Source: an uncultured delta proteobacterium (lineage in GTDB: Bacteria > Desulfobacterota > RBG-13-43-22). From it: a stretch of DNA of 64,000 nucleotides. The stretch lies in contig CAWJJC010000022.1 of NCBI GenBank assembly GCA_963843145.1, positions 288,001 through 352,000 on the forward strand. The letters run 5' to 3'. This document shows positions 17,648 through 26,825 of this stretch, piece after piece (the first letter of the stretch is position 1; each line of letters starts with the position of its first letter). The notes beneath the pieces are model-generated. The model worked only from the letters and a program-made list of their open reading frames with translations, was not told the DNA's origin and did not search any database. The position numbers and the translations under genes were made by a program.

Positions 17648-20600
17648 TAGGCCACCAACCTTTCCAGGAGTCCTTCCAGTTTGGCCAGGATCTGGTCATC
17701 CTCAAACTGCAAGAGTTGTATCGCCTTGGCCGGGCATTCGGCCGCACAAAGGCCGCAACCGTGGCACGTGGCCGGATCGATCTCCGAAACCCCGTCGGCG
17801 TTGATGAACGGAATCCCAAATGGGCAAGCCCTTACGCAAATCAGGCAGGCGGCACATTTGGCCCCGTCCACCCGGGCCACGGCCGCGCCCAGATTAATCA
17901 CGTCCCGGGCCAGCAGGGTCAGCGCCCGGGAGGCGACCGCCTGGGCCTGGGCCACACTTTCCCGGATGGTCTTGGGACTGTGGGCCGTGCCGGCCACGAA
18001 AAAGCCGGGGATCGGGAGATCGACCGGCCGGAGCTTGACGTGGTCTTCCAAGAAATAGCCGTCGCCGGTCCGCGGCAGCTTAAAAATCAGGGCCAGATCT
18101 TCCGTGGCTTCTTCGTCGGCCACCAATCCGGTACTCAGGCAAAGGCTGTCCGCCTTGACGGTCAACGTCCGGTCCAGGATCAGATCGCGAAAGGTGACCT
18201 CCAGCCGGTCCTCCGCGGCGACAACCTGGGGCGGCTCTTCTCTTTCAAAGCGAGCAAAGATCACGCCCCGCTCCCGGGCCAGCCGATAATAATCCTCCTG
18301 GAACCCGTAAGTACGCATGTCTCGATACAGGATAAAAATTTGCGTTTCCGGATTGAGGTCGAGAATTCGCAGGGCATTTTTGATGGCACTCTGGCAACAG
18401 AGGCGGGAACAATTGGGGTTGTCCGGACAGCGGGAGCCCACGCACTGGATCATCACTACGTTTTCCCAGGATTTGACCGTTTCCGGCTGATCCTCGATCA
18501 GGGCGTCAATCTCCAGTTGGGTCCGAACCGCCGGGTGTTGGTCCAGCAGGAATTCCGGTGGCCGGTTCGGCAGGGCCCCGGTGGCCAGGATGGTGACGCC
18601 GTGTTCTATTTGGCGGTAAAACATCTGCGGGCCAACCTGCATGCCGGTTTTGAACATGCCGGGCATCCCGGTATGATCCACGATGATGGCCCGGGTGATG
18701 ACCTGGATATTTTCGTGCCCTTCGACCTTTCCCATCAATTCCCGGATGAAGGTGGCGACATCCTCTCCTTCCAGAGTCCGGCGGATGTTTTGGGCCAGGC
18801 CGCCCAGGCCGGCCGACCGTTCGGCCAGGACCACCTTAAACCCCCGTTCGGCCAGATTCAGGGCCGCGGTCATACCGGTGACCCCCCCTCCAACTACCAG
18901 AATCGTCTTGTTCATGGGTAACAGGTGATCGACCAGAGGGTGGGCCTGGCGGACACTGCTTACGGCCATCCGGATCAGGTGGTCGGCTTTTTCGGCGGCC
19001 CCTCCCGGTTGATCGGCATGGACCCAGGTGGCCTGATCCCGGATATTGGCGATTTCCAGGAGGTAGCGGTTGAGTCCGGCCTTGCGGATCGTGTCTTGAA
19101 ACTTGGTTTCATGGGTCCGGGGGGAACAGCCGCCGATCACCACCCGGTTGAGACCTTCGGCTTCGATGACTTGTTGAATATGTTCCAGGGATTCCCGGCT
19201 GCAGCCATGGCCCACGACCTCGGAAACCGCCACCTGCGGCAAGATCCGGGCCTCCTCGGCCAGGGTCTGGACATCGATCACCCCACCGATATTGTAGCCG
19301 CAATCGCAGATGAAGACCCCGATCCGGGCTTCTTCGCCGGTGACGTCCCGCTCCGGAGGGAACGGGTCTTCCTGATCGGCCGTGGCCGTGACCGCCGTTA
19401 GATTGGCCGAGGCCATACAGGCGGCGGCGCTGGCTTGAACCATGGTTTCCGGTATGTCTTTCGGGCCTTCGAAAAGACCGCAGACGTAGATCCCCGGCCG
19501 GGAGGTGGCCACGGGATTGAAGCTTCCGGTTTTGGCGAAATAGTGCTCGTTCAGTTCGATGCCCAGATGGCGGGCCAACTGGTGGACGTCTTCGGCAACG
19601 TGGAACCCGGTGGAAAGCACCACCAGATCGAAATCTTCCTCTTGCGGCAGGCCGCTGTCCTGGAGGACGTAGGAGACGGACAGGGATTCGGCCCCGTCAT
19701 GGCGGACCACGCTGTGCGGTCGGCAACGGACGAGGCGGACGCCGTAGTCGTTTTTCGCCCGGTCCAGGTAGCGTTCATAGTCTTTCCCGGAGGTTCGCAT
19801 GTCCATGTAGAAGATGGTGGTCTCCATACTTTCCCGGAAGCGTTCCTTGGTCACGATGGCTTCCTTCAAGGCGAACATGCAACAGGCACTGGAACAGTAG
19901 GAGGCCGCCCCGTTTTGCAGCCCCCGGGATCCGACGCATTGAATCCAGGCGATTTTTTGAGGCTGCCGGCCGTCCGAGGGCCTAACGAGTTGACCCAGGG
20001 TTGGTCCGGAGGCCGACAGGATTCGTTCATACTCCAAACTGGTCACCACATCCGGCTCATCCGTGTAGCTGATACTATCCAGTCTGCTGGGGTCGAAAAG
20101 GGCCGCTCCGGGGGCCAGCACGATGGAACCGCAGGCGATTTGGCTGGTCTTTTCGGCGTCGTCGATGACGATGGCCCCGGCCGGACAGACCCGAACCAGC
20201 CCCTCCACATCCGGGCATTTCTCCAAATCGATGGAAAACGCTTGGGGCGTGGCCTGAGGGTAGCGCATGCAGGTGGGCGCCCGATGGTCCAGTCCCGGGG
20301 TAAAACGGACACATTCCGGGTACTTTTTGAAACAGTCCCCACAGGCCGTGCATTTGTCCAAATCGATATAGCGGGGGGCGGTGGTCAGGGTTACGCTGAA
20401 ATTTCCCGCCTCCCCTTCCACTTTTTCCACCTGACTCATGGTCAGCAGTTCAATATGAAGCTGACGACCGCTTTCGGAAAGATGGGGTGAAAGAGTGCAG
20501 AGGTCACAGTTATTGGTGGGAAATGTACGATCGAGTTGGGTCATCAGACCGCCGATGGAAAAGGCCTTGTCGACCAAAACCACGTCTCGGCCGGACTCGG

Positions 20601-20688
20601 CCAGATCCAGGGCGGTTCGTATTCCGCCGAGGCCTCCACCGACGACCAGTATCTTATTGTTTGATTGCCATTTTTCTTGATTCTGCAT
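17647..20688 (-). CDS. hdrA: HdrA-like flavin/Fe-S protein with duplicated FAD modules
   Basis: VVGGGLGG, DRTFPTNNCDLC, QCVGSR twice, CSPRTHE, NIRDQATWVH, second VVGGGVTG, C-terminal 2x[4Fe-4S]. Confidence 0.92.
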   Translation of the reverse strand: MQNQEKWQSNNKILVVGGGLGGIRTALDLAESGRDVVLVDKAFSIGGLMTQLDRTFPTNNCDLCTLSPHLSESGRQLHIELLTMSQVEKVEGEAGNFSVTLTTAPRYIDLDKCTACGDCFKKYPECVRFTPGLDHRAPTCMRYPQATPQAFSIDLEKCPDVEGLVRVCPAGAIVIDDAEKTSQIACGSIVLAPGAALFDPSRLDSISYTDEPDVVTSLEYERILSASGPTLGQLVRPSDGRQPQKIAWIQCVGSRGLQNGAASYCSSACCMFALKEAIVTKERFRESMETTIFYMDMRTSGKDYERYLDRAKNDYGVRLVRCRPHSVVRHDGAESLSVSYVLQDSGLPQEEDFDLVVLSTGFHVAEDVHQLARHLGIELNEHYFAKTGSFNPVATSRPGIYVCGLFEGPKDIPETMVQASAAACMASANLTAVTATADQEDPFPPERDVTGEEARIGVFICDCGYNIGGVIDVQTLAEEARILPQVAVSEVVGHGCSRESLEHIQQVIEAEGLNRVVIGGCSPRTHETKFQDTIRKAGLNRYLLEIANIRDQATWVHADQPGGAAEKADHLIRMAVSSVRQAHPLVDHLLPMNKTILVVGGGVTGMTAALNLAERGFKVVLAERSAGLGGLAQNIRRTLEGEDVATFIRELMGKVEGHENIQVITRAIIVDHTGMPGMFKTGMQVGPQMFYRQIEHGVTILATGALPNRPPEFLLDQHPAVRTQLEIDALIEDQPETVKSWENVVMIQCVGSRCPDNPNCSRLCCQSAIKNALRILDLNPETQIFILYRDMRTYGFQEDYYRLARERGVIFARFEREEPPQVVAAEDRLEVTFRDLILDRTLTVKADSLCLSTGLVADEEATEDLALIFKLPRTGDGYFLEDHVKLRPVDLPIPGFFVAGTAHSPKTIRESVAQAQAVASRALTLLARDVINLGAAVARVDGAKCAACLICVRACPFGIPFINADGVSEIDPATCHGCGLCAAECPAKAIQLLQFEDDQILAKLEGLLERLVA

Positions 20689-20789
20689 AGTACCCTTTAT
20701 TTTGTTTTGTCCCGGACACCATGGGCCGGGTGAAAAGTTAACTGGGAAGCCAGGAGGCCATCCGGCCCCCCCGGTTCAACGCCCACCCT

Positions 20790-21662
20790 TTAGAGACCGG
20801 CCGCGTCCAGAATGGCCGGCAGTCGGTGTTCCCATCCCAGGGTCTGAATCAATACGCCCTGAGCCAGACCCTTCAGCCCGGCGATGGTCTCTCCGGCAAT
20901 CCGGATTCCCTCGTTTTCCCGATCCGCCGATTTACGGATACGCCGTATCAGCTCTTCGGAGATATGGGCCCCCGGTTCACTGTTGGCGATGTACCGGGCT
21001 ACGGCGACCGATTTTAAAAGAAAAACGGTGGGAATGATCGGCACCTGGAGGGTTTGGGCCTTGGACATGAAATCGCTGAAGCGATCCAGATCGAACACCG
21101 GGGGGGCGATGAGAAAGCGGGCGCCGGCTTCAATTTTTTTGCGGGCTGTTTCCAGTTCCTCTTCCAGGGCCTGGGAGTCCTCGAACAGGGCGATGGTGCC
21201 TCCGGCAGTAAAACTGGGGCTGCCGTCGAGATCAAATCCGGCCAGATCCTTTCCGTCCTGGAGAGACCGGATCGCCTGCAGCAGACCGATTTCATCCAGG
21301 TCGTCGACCGGTTGCGTCTCCCGGTGGTCGCTCTGGCTGATATCCACGCTGTGGACCACGAGGAGGTTTTGAATTCCGAGCACATGGGCCGCCAGCGCAT
21401 CGCCCTGGAGGGCCATGCGGTTGCGGTCCCGGCAATAGACATGGATAATCGCTTCGAGGCCCTGTTGCTGCATCAAGACTCCTCCGGCCAAGGCGCTCAT
21501 TCGCATGATCCCGTTGTCCATGTCCGGGATGACGATGGCGTCGACCCGACCCTTGATCCGACGGGCGTCCATCACCAGCCTGGAGATGTTGACGCCTTTG
21601 GGGGTGTGCATCTCGGCCAATACCACAAACTCTCCTGACGATAATCGTTTCTGAAAACTCAT
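20790..21662 (-). CDS. divergent MetF-like methylenetetrahydrofolate reductase paralog
   Basis: EMHTPKG, MRMSAL, CRDRNRMALQGD, KKIEAGARF; lacks the usual SGD/ANP motifs. Confidence 0.85.
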   Translation of the reverse strand: MSFQKRLSSGEFVVLAEMHTPKGVNISRLVMDARRIKGRVDAIVIPDMDNGIMRMSALAGGVLMQQQGLEAIIHVYCRDRNRMALQGDALAAHVLGIQNLLVVHSVDISQSDHRETQPVDDLDEIGLLQAIRSLQDGKDLAGFDLDGSPSFTAGGTIALFEDSQALEEELETARKKIEAGARFLIAPPVFDLDRFSDFMSKAQTLQVPIIPTVFLLKSVAVARYIANSEPGAHISEELIRRIRKSADRENEGIRIAGETIAGLKGLAQGVLIQTLGWEHRLPAILDAAGL

Positions 21663-21818
21663 AGGCGCTTTTTCCCCTCCACTACCGGTTTGGTAAGGTT
21701 AGTGGTTCTCCCGAACCGAAATGATGCTACCTGCCGGGAGACCTCTTTTTGATGGACTTTTTTCTCCGGACAAGCGATGTGCCTGAAACGCAGGACTTCG
21801 GCTTGGGGTTCTTTGGTT

Positions 21819-22064
21819 TTAGTGACGTTTCCTTATCCGCAATCGGTGAAAGTTTTCTTTTTCTTCCAATGGGTCGGTATCGATGATCTCATAGGAAGAA
21901 TCCGCCAGCACCTTGAAAAGGTCCTGAAGCGTGTCTGCATCCAGTCCCAGGAGCTCCATAATTTCGAGGGCCTTCATTTCATTGAAGAGTCGAGTTATCT
22001 TCAGCAAAGTGATCGAAGATATGCTCCCTCTGAAATCAAGTATGTAGTCTGCCTGAGATGACAA
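21819..22064 (-). CDS. TusA/SirA-like small protein lacking the CPxP cysteine
   Basis: YILDFRGSISSITLLKIT aligns to LDxRGxxCPxPxLK; typical ~80-aa size and C-terminal RLRIRK; probable TTG start. Confidence 0.65.
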   Translation of the reverse strand: MSSQADYILDFRGSISSITLLKITRLFNEMKALEIMELLGLDADTLQDLFKVLADSSYEIIDTDPLEEKENFHRLRIRKRH

Positions 22065-22102
22065 TGGCCTGATATCCCTTTTTGGCTTTGGGAAATGGGC
22101 AA

Positions 22103-22119
22103 AGCAAAAAAGGGACCAA
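22103..22119 (-). promoter_or_regulatory. sigma54 -24/-12 promoter for the tusA-like-metF-hdrA operon
   Basis: TTGGTCCCTTTTTTGCT (GG-N10-GC). Confidence 0.7.
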
Positions 22120-22213
22120 GGGACCAAGGAACGGCCGCAAGAAAAGATTATATGATTTATTACATAAAAACAATAGATTTAATAGAATAACCCAGAGAGG
22201 GAACCCCCAGGGG

Positions 22214-22273
22214 TTGACAAAGGGGTGTTAAACTGTAAATATAGCCTGCCTTTACAGGTGCTATCGTTTAACA
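22214..22273. promoter_or_regulatory. nested inverted repeats (putative activator UAS) overlapping the sigma70 promoter of the activator gene
   Basis: TGTTAAAC/GTTTAACA (22226-33/22266-73) and CTGTAAA/TTTACAG (22233-39/22251-57); TTGACA at 22214. Confidence 0.55.
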
Positions 22274-22284
22274 GAGGAGCTTTA

Positions 22285-23676
22285 ATGTTAGGTCAGGAAC
22301 TCGACCGGTACTGGAAAACCGTGGTCAATACGATCAGTGACGGCATCATGATCGTCAGTACCAGCGGTACCATCGTATCGGTCAACGAAGCTTTTGAACA
22401 GATAACAGGCTATGAGCGGGCCGAACTGATCGGCAAACCATGCACCGTCATGGACTGCGATGTTTGTAGGGAAGCGCTGGAAAACGGCGGGGATCATTGG
22501 TGTATTCTTTTTCGAACCGGAAACATCCGGCAGCGGAAATGCCGGATCAGGAAGAAGGACGGCACGTACATCCATGCCCTGAAAAAGGCCGCTATTTTGC
22601 GCGATGACGACGGCCGGACGATCGGTGCCGTGGGGACTATATCCGATCTGACTGAAATCATAGAAAAAGATAACCAGCTCGAGGCGTTTCGGCAGGAGCT
22701 TCGCTCCGCAGACGGGTTTCACGGTATCATCGGAACCTCCGCCCCCATGCGGCAGGTGTTCGACTTGATAGAAAATTCGGCCCATTCCGATGCGCCGGTG
22801 ATTATTTTCGGGGAAAGCGGTACCGGCAAGGAATTGGTGAGCCGGGCGATTCATGAAATCGGGGAACGGAAAAATCAACCCCTGGTCAAGGTCAACTGTG
22901 CCAGCCTGACGGAATCCTTGCTGGAAAGCGAGCTGTTCGGTCATGTGCGGGGCGCCTATACCGGTGCCTACCGCGACCGGATCGGGCGCTTCGAGAAGGC
23001 CAACGGCGGGGACCTGTTTCTGGATGAAATCGGCGATCTGCCCCTGTCAACCCAGGTCAAACTGCTGCGGGTCCTGGAAGAGAAAATGATCGAACGGGTA
23101 GGGGCCAGCACCCCGATCCCCACCGATGTTCGCTTTATTTCCGCCACCAACCGAAATCTGCTGCAGCTCGTCGAGCGGGGCGCTTTTCGAAAGGATTTTT
23201 ACTTTCGGATCAATGTCATTCCCATTTCGCTGCCCGTCCTTCGGGACAGGGTCGAAGATATCCCCTTGCTGGCCGAATCCTTTTTTCGAACGATACGGTT
23301 GAAAAGCGGGAAAAACATCGAAGGGATCAGCAACGAGGCCATGGATGTCCTCGTTAGCCACTCCTGGCCGGGAAACGTCCGGGAGCTAAAAAGCGCCTTC
23401 GAATACGCCTTTGTCACCTGCCAGGACGTCATGATCCGGCCCGAGCACCTTCCGTCTACCATCTACCGTCGAAAAGGCTCCCCCAGGACATCCAAGCGGA
23501 AATCCTTCGACCTGAAGGAGATAGAAAAACGGGAACTGCTGGAGACGCTGGAAAAGACCGGCGGAAATCAATCGGAAGCCGCCGAACTCCTTCGGGTTTC
23601 CCGAGTCACCATCTGGAACCGCATGAAACGGTTCGGCATCAACGCCGAACGGAAAATTGCAGTCCGAACGAATTGA
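22285..23676 (+). CDS. PAS-domain sigma54-dependent transcriptional activator (PAS-AAA+-Fis HTH)
   Basis: PAS with Cys residues (CTVMDCDVC), GESGTGKE, GAYTGA, FLDEIGD, WPGNVREL, HTH. ATG 22285 after GAGGAG. Confidence 0.94.
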   Translation: MLGQELDRYWKTVVNTISDGIMIVSTSGTIVSVNEAFEQITGYERAELIGKPCTVMDCDVCREALENGGDHWCILFRTGNIRQRKCRIRKKDGTYIHALKKAAILRDDDGRTIGAVGTISDLTEIIEKDNQLEAFRQELRSADGFHGIIGTSAPMRQVFDLIENSAHSDAPVIIFGESGTGKELVSRAIHEIGERKNQPLVKVNCASLTESLLESELFGHVRGAYTGAYRDRIGRFEKANGGDLFLDEIGDLPLSTQVKLLRVLEEKMIERVGASTPIPTDVRFISATNRNLLQLVERGAFRKDFYFRINVIPISLPVLRDRVEDIPLLAESFFRTIRLKSGKNIEGISNEAMDVLVSHSWPGNVRELKSAFEYAFVTCQDVMIRPEHLPSTIYRRKGSPRTSKRKSFDLKEIEKRELLETLEKTGGNQSEAAELLRVSRVTIWNRMKRFGINAERKIAVRTN

Positions 23677-23736
23677 GTTTAACGAATCCACTGCGGCACT
23701 TGGTGCCCCAAAATTCTCTTTCCTCGGTTTTCTTTT

Positions 23737-24318
23737 CTAGGTCAATATCTCCCCGGGACCTTCAGCTGGTCGCTTCTCACCGCTGCTCCCTCGCTCATAA
23801 GAAAGAAGCATTTGGTGAACGCCCCTGAAATAGGGGAGGTTGGGTTTGAGCCATCCAAAGAAAACCCGGGCCAGAATGTACCATAGAATAAAAAAGGCCA
23901 CATAATTCATCCCCCATCCCTTGAAGGGGAGGGGCAGGGAAATACCAGCGAACCTCTCCTGCATCCAGGCTAGGGCTAAAAAGATGGGCCAGAGGGAGGC
24001 AGCGGATAAGCCGAACTTGTTGAAAAAAAGGTGGCCGAAGGCGTCGTTTCCCTCTTTATTGATTGCCCGGTAGCTCTTTTCATCCCCCAGGCGAAGTGCC
24101 TCCTCGGAAAGGCGGCCCATCTTTTCCGTCCGGTCTGTCAGCCGGTCCAGGTGGTTCTTGTTCACCTTGAAAACCAGCGATATGGTAAGCTCCCCTACCA
24201 GTACCGCGAGAAAGGCGAGCAGAAAAGTTCCTAAGAAGTAGTCCACCAAGGGAATTCCGAAGAGCCGGTAAAGCTGAATCAGGAAGCGGTCAAAAAATTC
24301 ATACATGCTGAACTCCAT
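23737..24318 (-). CDS. conserved hypothetical membrane protein
   Basis: 3 hydrophobic segments; directly downstream of the TauE-type gene. Confidence 0.75.
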   Translation of the reverse strand: MEFSMYEFFDRFLIQLYRLFGIPLVDYFLGTFLLAFLAVLVGELTISLVFKVNKNHLDRLTDRTEKMGRLSEEALRLGDEKSYRAINKEGNDAFGHLFFNKFGLSAASLWPIFLALAWMQERFAGISLPLPFKGWGMNYVAFFILWYILARVFFGWLKPNLPYFRGVHQMLLSYERGSSGEKRPAEGPGEILT

Positions 24319-24359
24319 CTTTCACCACACCTTCCACTGCAGGGGTTTAAAACACCAGG

Positions 24360-24386
24360 AGCGTGCCGGGGGCGACCCGGCACGCC
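24360..24386. terminator. GC-rich hairpin between the TauE-like gene and its downstream gene
   Basis: GCGTGCCGGG-GGCGA-CCCGGCACGC; no strong U-tract, so it may be a stabiliser rather than a terminator. Confidence 0.45.
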
Positions 24387-24395
24387 CGAGAAACA

Positions 24396-25649
24396 TTAGG
24401 GCAGCCAAGCTTGGCCGAAAAAGCCGGCGCTGAAGTAGCGCAAGCCTACATACAGGGCCAGGATGATGAAGATGATCTTCAACCAGATATCGGGAATATA
24501 TTTCTGGGTACGCGGCCCGATCATGGATCCGATGAAAATTCCGATGAGTTCGATGCCGATAAGACCCCAGTCCATACCGGCCTTGGCTACGGTCATATAC
24601 CCGGTTATGCTGGTGAGCATGCTGAGCAACACCGCCAGGGCGGAGGTCCCGGCTACCACGAACATGGGCGCCCCCACCAGGCTGATCAGAAAGGGGACAT
24701 ACAGAAACCCTCCGCCCACCCCGAGAAAGGACGAAATAGCGGCAATGAAAATCCCGCCTATAAAGGCGAAGATAGGGTTAAACGAAAAATCCGATCCGAA
24801 AAATGAAAAGGTGCATTGGGTAAGTCCAAAATGTTTAAGGTTAATCCCCTGGGCCGCCAAGTCCTTTTTTTCCTTGACACTCTGTTCAAAAGCCTGGGCT
24901 GCCGCCTTGGCCGACTTTTTTTTGGCCTGTCCTTTCGGTGTCATATCATAGACCAGGAAGGCCCCCACGACGAACACGAAGAGACCGAACCACCCCTGAT
25001 ATTGCCGGAAGCTGACCTTGCCGCCCGTCAGCATAGGGATAAACACGGCACCGGCAATAGACCCGAGGGCCAGGGCGACACCGAGAGGCCAGGCCAGTCG
25101 TTTGGCCCTCAAATAATTGATGGTGCTGATCAGGGCCGAAAGGCCGACCAGGAATTGATTGGAGGTTCGAATACTGTCGGTCAGGGTCTTGTTCAGGTCA
25201 TGCGCGGTAGTTCTGAAGCCCTTGGCATAATCACCGAGACCATAAATCGTCATGTGGCCCACACCAGCCATGATTCCGCCGAAGGCCCCGACGGTGGAAA
25301 ATATCCAGCCCACCCAAACGGCCCACAATATGGCCAGCACGTAATTTACCTTGGGGGCTCCCGGAATCCCGAACACGCCTTTCGGGGCATTCAGATCTAT
25401 CTGGCCTTTTCCTTGGCCGACCGGGGCCTTGGCTATGGCCTCACCCAGTTTACCCGAAAGACCGAGGTTGTTCCCGACTGTCCGTGATGTTTCTGGGGTT
25501 GGTTCCGAGAGCTGCGGTGCAACCGGCGGTGCTGGTTTTTCTTGGGCCACTGCCGTCAAAACCGTGGTGATAGATAGGGCCAGCGACAAGGCCAAAACGA
25601 TCAAAGCCCCTTTCCGCCACCCGTTCATTCTCTTTTCTTTCTGCATCAT
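24396..25649 (-). CDS. TauE/SafE-family sulfite exporter-like permease with N-terminal signal and extension
   Basis: STVGAFGGIMAG, LGVGGGFLYVP, AGTS motifs; 8-9 TM segments. Confidence 0.88.
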   Translation of the reverse strand: MMQKEKRMNGWRKGALIVLALSLALSITTVLTAVAQEKPAPPVAPQLSEPTPETSRTVGNNLGLSGKLGEAIAKAPVGQGKGQIDLNAPKGVFGIPGAPKVNYVLAILWAVWVGWIFSTVGAFGGIMAGVGHMTIYGLGDYAKGFRTTAHDLNKTLTDSIRTSNQFLVGLSALISTINYLRAKRLAWPLGVALALGSIAGAVFIPMLTGGKVSFRQYQGWFGLFVFVVGAFLVYDMTPKGQAKKKSAKAAAQAFEQSVKEKKDLAAQGINLKHFGLTQCTFSFFGSDFSFNPIFAFIGGIFIAAISSFLGVGGGFLYVPFLISLVGAPMFVVAGTSALAVLLSMLTSITGYMTVAKAGMDWGLIGIELIGIFIGSMIGPRTQKYIPDIWLKIIFIILALYVGLRYFSAGFFGQAWLP

Positions 25650-25731
25650 TCAAATTTCCTCCTTTGTAAATGGACTAGGCCCCAAGCGGAAAATGATTCA
25701 AGCCTGTTACCTATCGGTTGACCATTTGCTC

Positions 25732-25748
25732 CGCCAACGCCGTGCCGG
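25732..25748 (-). promoter_or_regulatory. possible sigma54 promoter of the TauE-like gene
   Basis: CCGGCACGGCGTTGGCG (GG-N10-GC); GAATCAGT direct repeats 40 bp apart upstream. Confidence 0.45.
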
Positions 25749-26184
25749 AAACCTGGAAGACCCTGCCGTTTTTCAGTTGGGTTTTATCAATACTGGATGG
25801 AGACTGATTCGGCCTAGCGAGTTTAAGGAGGGGTCAGCGGCCACTGATTCTTTGGCTGGCAGCCCAGCGAAGGAAGGGGCATCTCTGGACCGACGCCAGT
25901 TTGAGATGAATAGGGAAATCCGACAAACGCCAGCCAATCGGAGCAAGGAACCAAGAGCCCTATTGTTCTACTATCTACCATGGTATACCTCTTGGTGATG
26001 GATAATAGTACTATTTATTATCCCAACATTCACCGCCGTTGTCCAGCGATTTTGAGGAGGACTTCAGAAAGGGGGAGCGCTCGAAGGGATTGGAGGGAGA
26101 CCTTTAGGCCGGCAGTTCCTAAGGGAAGGCCGGATAGAGGCGGTTAAGGCCGCCCCCATCCTCGGCCGTTAATCGAGTGGAAGC

Positions 26185-26685
26185 CTAAGAACTAATATTT
26201 ACCGTTGCCGATCCAAACCCTCCCATGGAGGAGGCCTGCACCTGGTCGGTCCCGGTTTGTTGCGGAACGTAGGTTCCCAGCAGTTGACCGATATCATTGG
26301 AAGTACTGACGCAACCGGTAACCACCGGCGCATCTTTACCTAATTCATCGACAAAAATCATTCCGTGCGTAGTAGAAAGGCAAATACGTGTTCCCTTGAG
26401 GGCCGGTGAGCCGGCCGCGTCCCTGACCGTAACCACCACGGAAGTTGATTCCGCCCTACCCAGGGAAAGGGTGCTGGAAAAGAGTTTGACATTAACCGTC
26501 CAGCCTACCCCGGATCCGCCTGTGCCGGTGGCCCCGGTGCTGGTGCTGCTGCCGGCCCCGGAACTGCAGGCCAATAGTCCCGCGACCATTATTAAGAATA
26601 CTCCCAGGGACATCACGGTGGCCGGTCGACGGGTTCCTTTGGTGAACGCTCGCTTTAAAACCGCCTTCATCTTTTCCGGGACCAT
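26185..26685 (-). CDS. putative lipoprotein with an Ig-like (Big_1-like) domain
   Basis: Hydrophobic stretch, lipobox LLAC, Ser/Gly/Thr linker, VVVTVRDAAGSP beta-sandwich pattern. Start uncertain. Confidence 0.65.
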   Translation of the reverse strand: MVPEKMKAVLKRAFTKGTRRPATVMSLGVFLIMVAGLLACSSGAGSSTSTGATGTGGSGVGWTVNVKLFSSTLSLGRAESTSVVVTVRDAAGSPALKGTRICLSTTHGMIFVDELGKDAPVVTGCVSTSNDIGQLLGTYVPQQTGTDQVQASSMGGFGSATVNISS

Positions 26686-26825
26686 TCCATTCTCCTCCCT
26701 ATGTTTGGATAAGATTTGTTTACCTGGAGGCCCTGAGGCCTTGGCTGAAAGCAATGATACCATAATTTCTCTTTTTTCAACTACATAAAAGCGTCATCCG
26801 AGGGCCGGGTCAATAAATTGTGACC

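Noticed and set aside
17716-20490. Long plus-strand ORFs (401, 158 and 351 aa) opposite hdrA
   Set aside because: GC-rich antisense shadows with no recognisable motifs.
17207-20688. Possible selenocysteine in MvhD or HdrA
   Set aside because: Both are uninterrupted, with Cys codons at the positions where Sec often occurs.
25351-25998. 215-aa plus-strand ORF
   Set aside because: Half is antisense to the TauE-like gene and the rest is promoter region; no RBS or motif.
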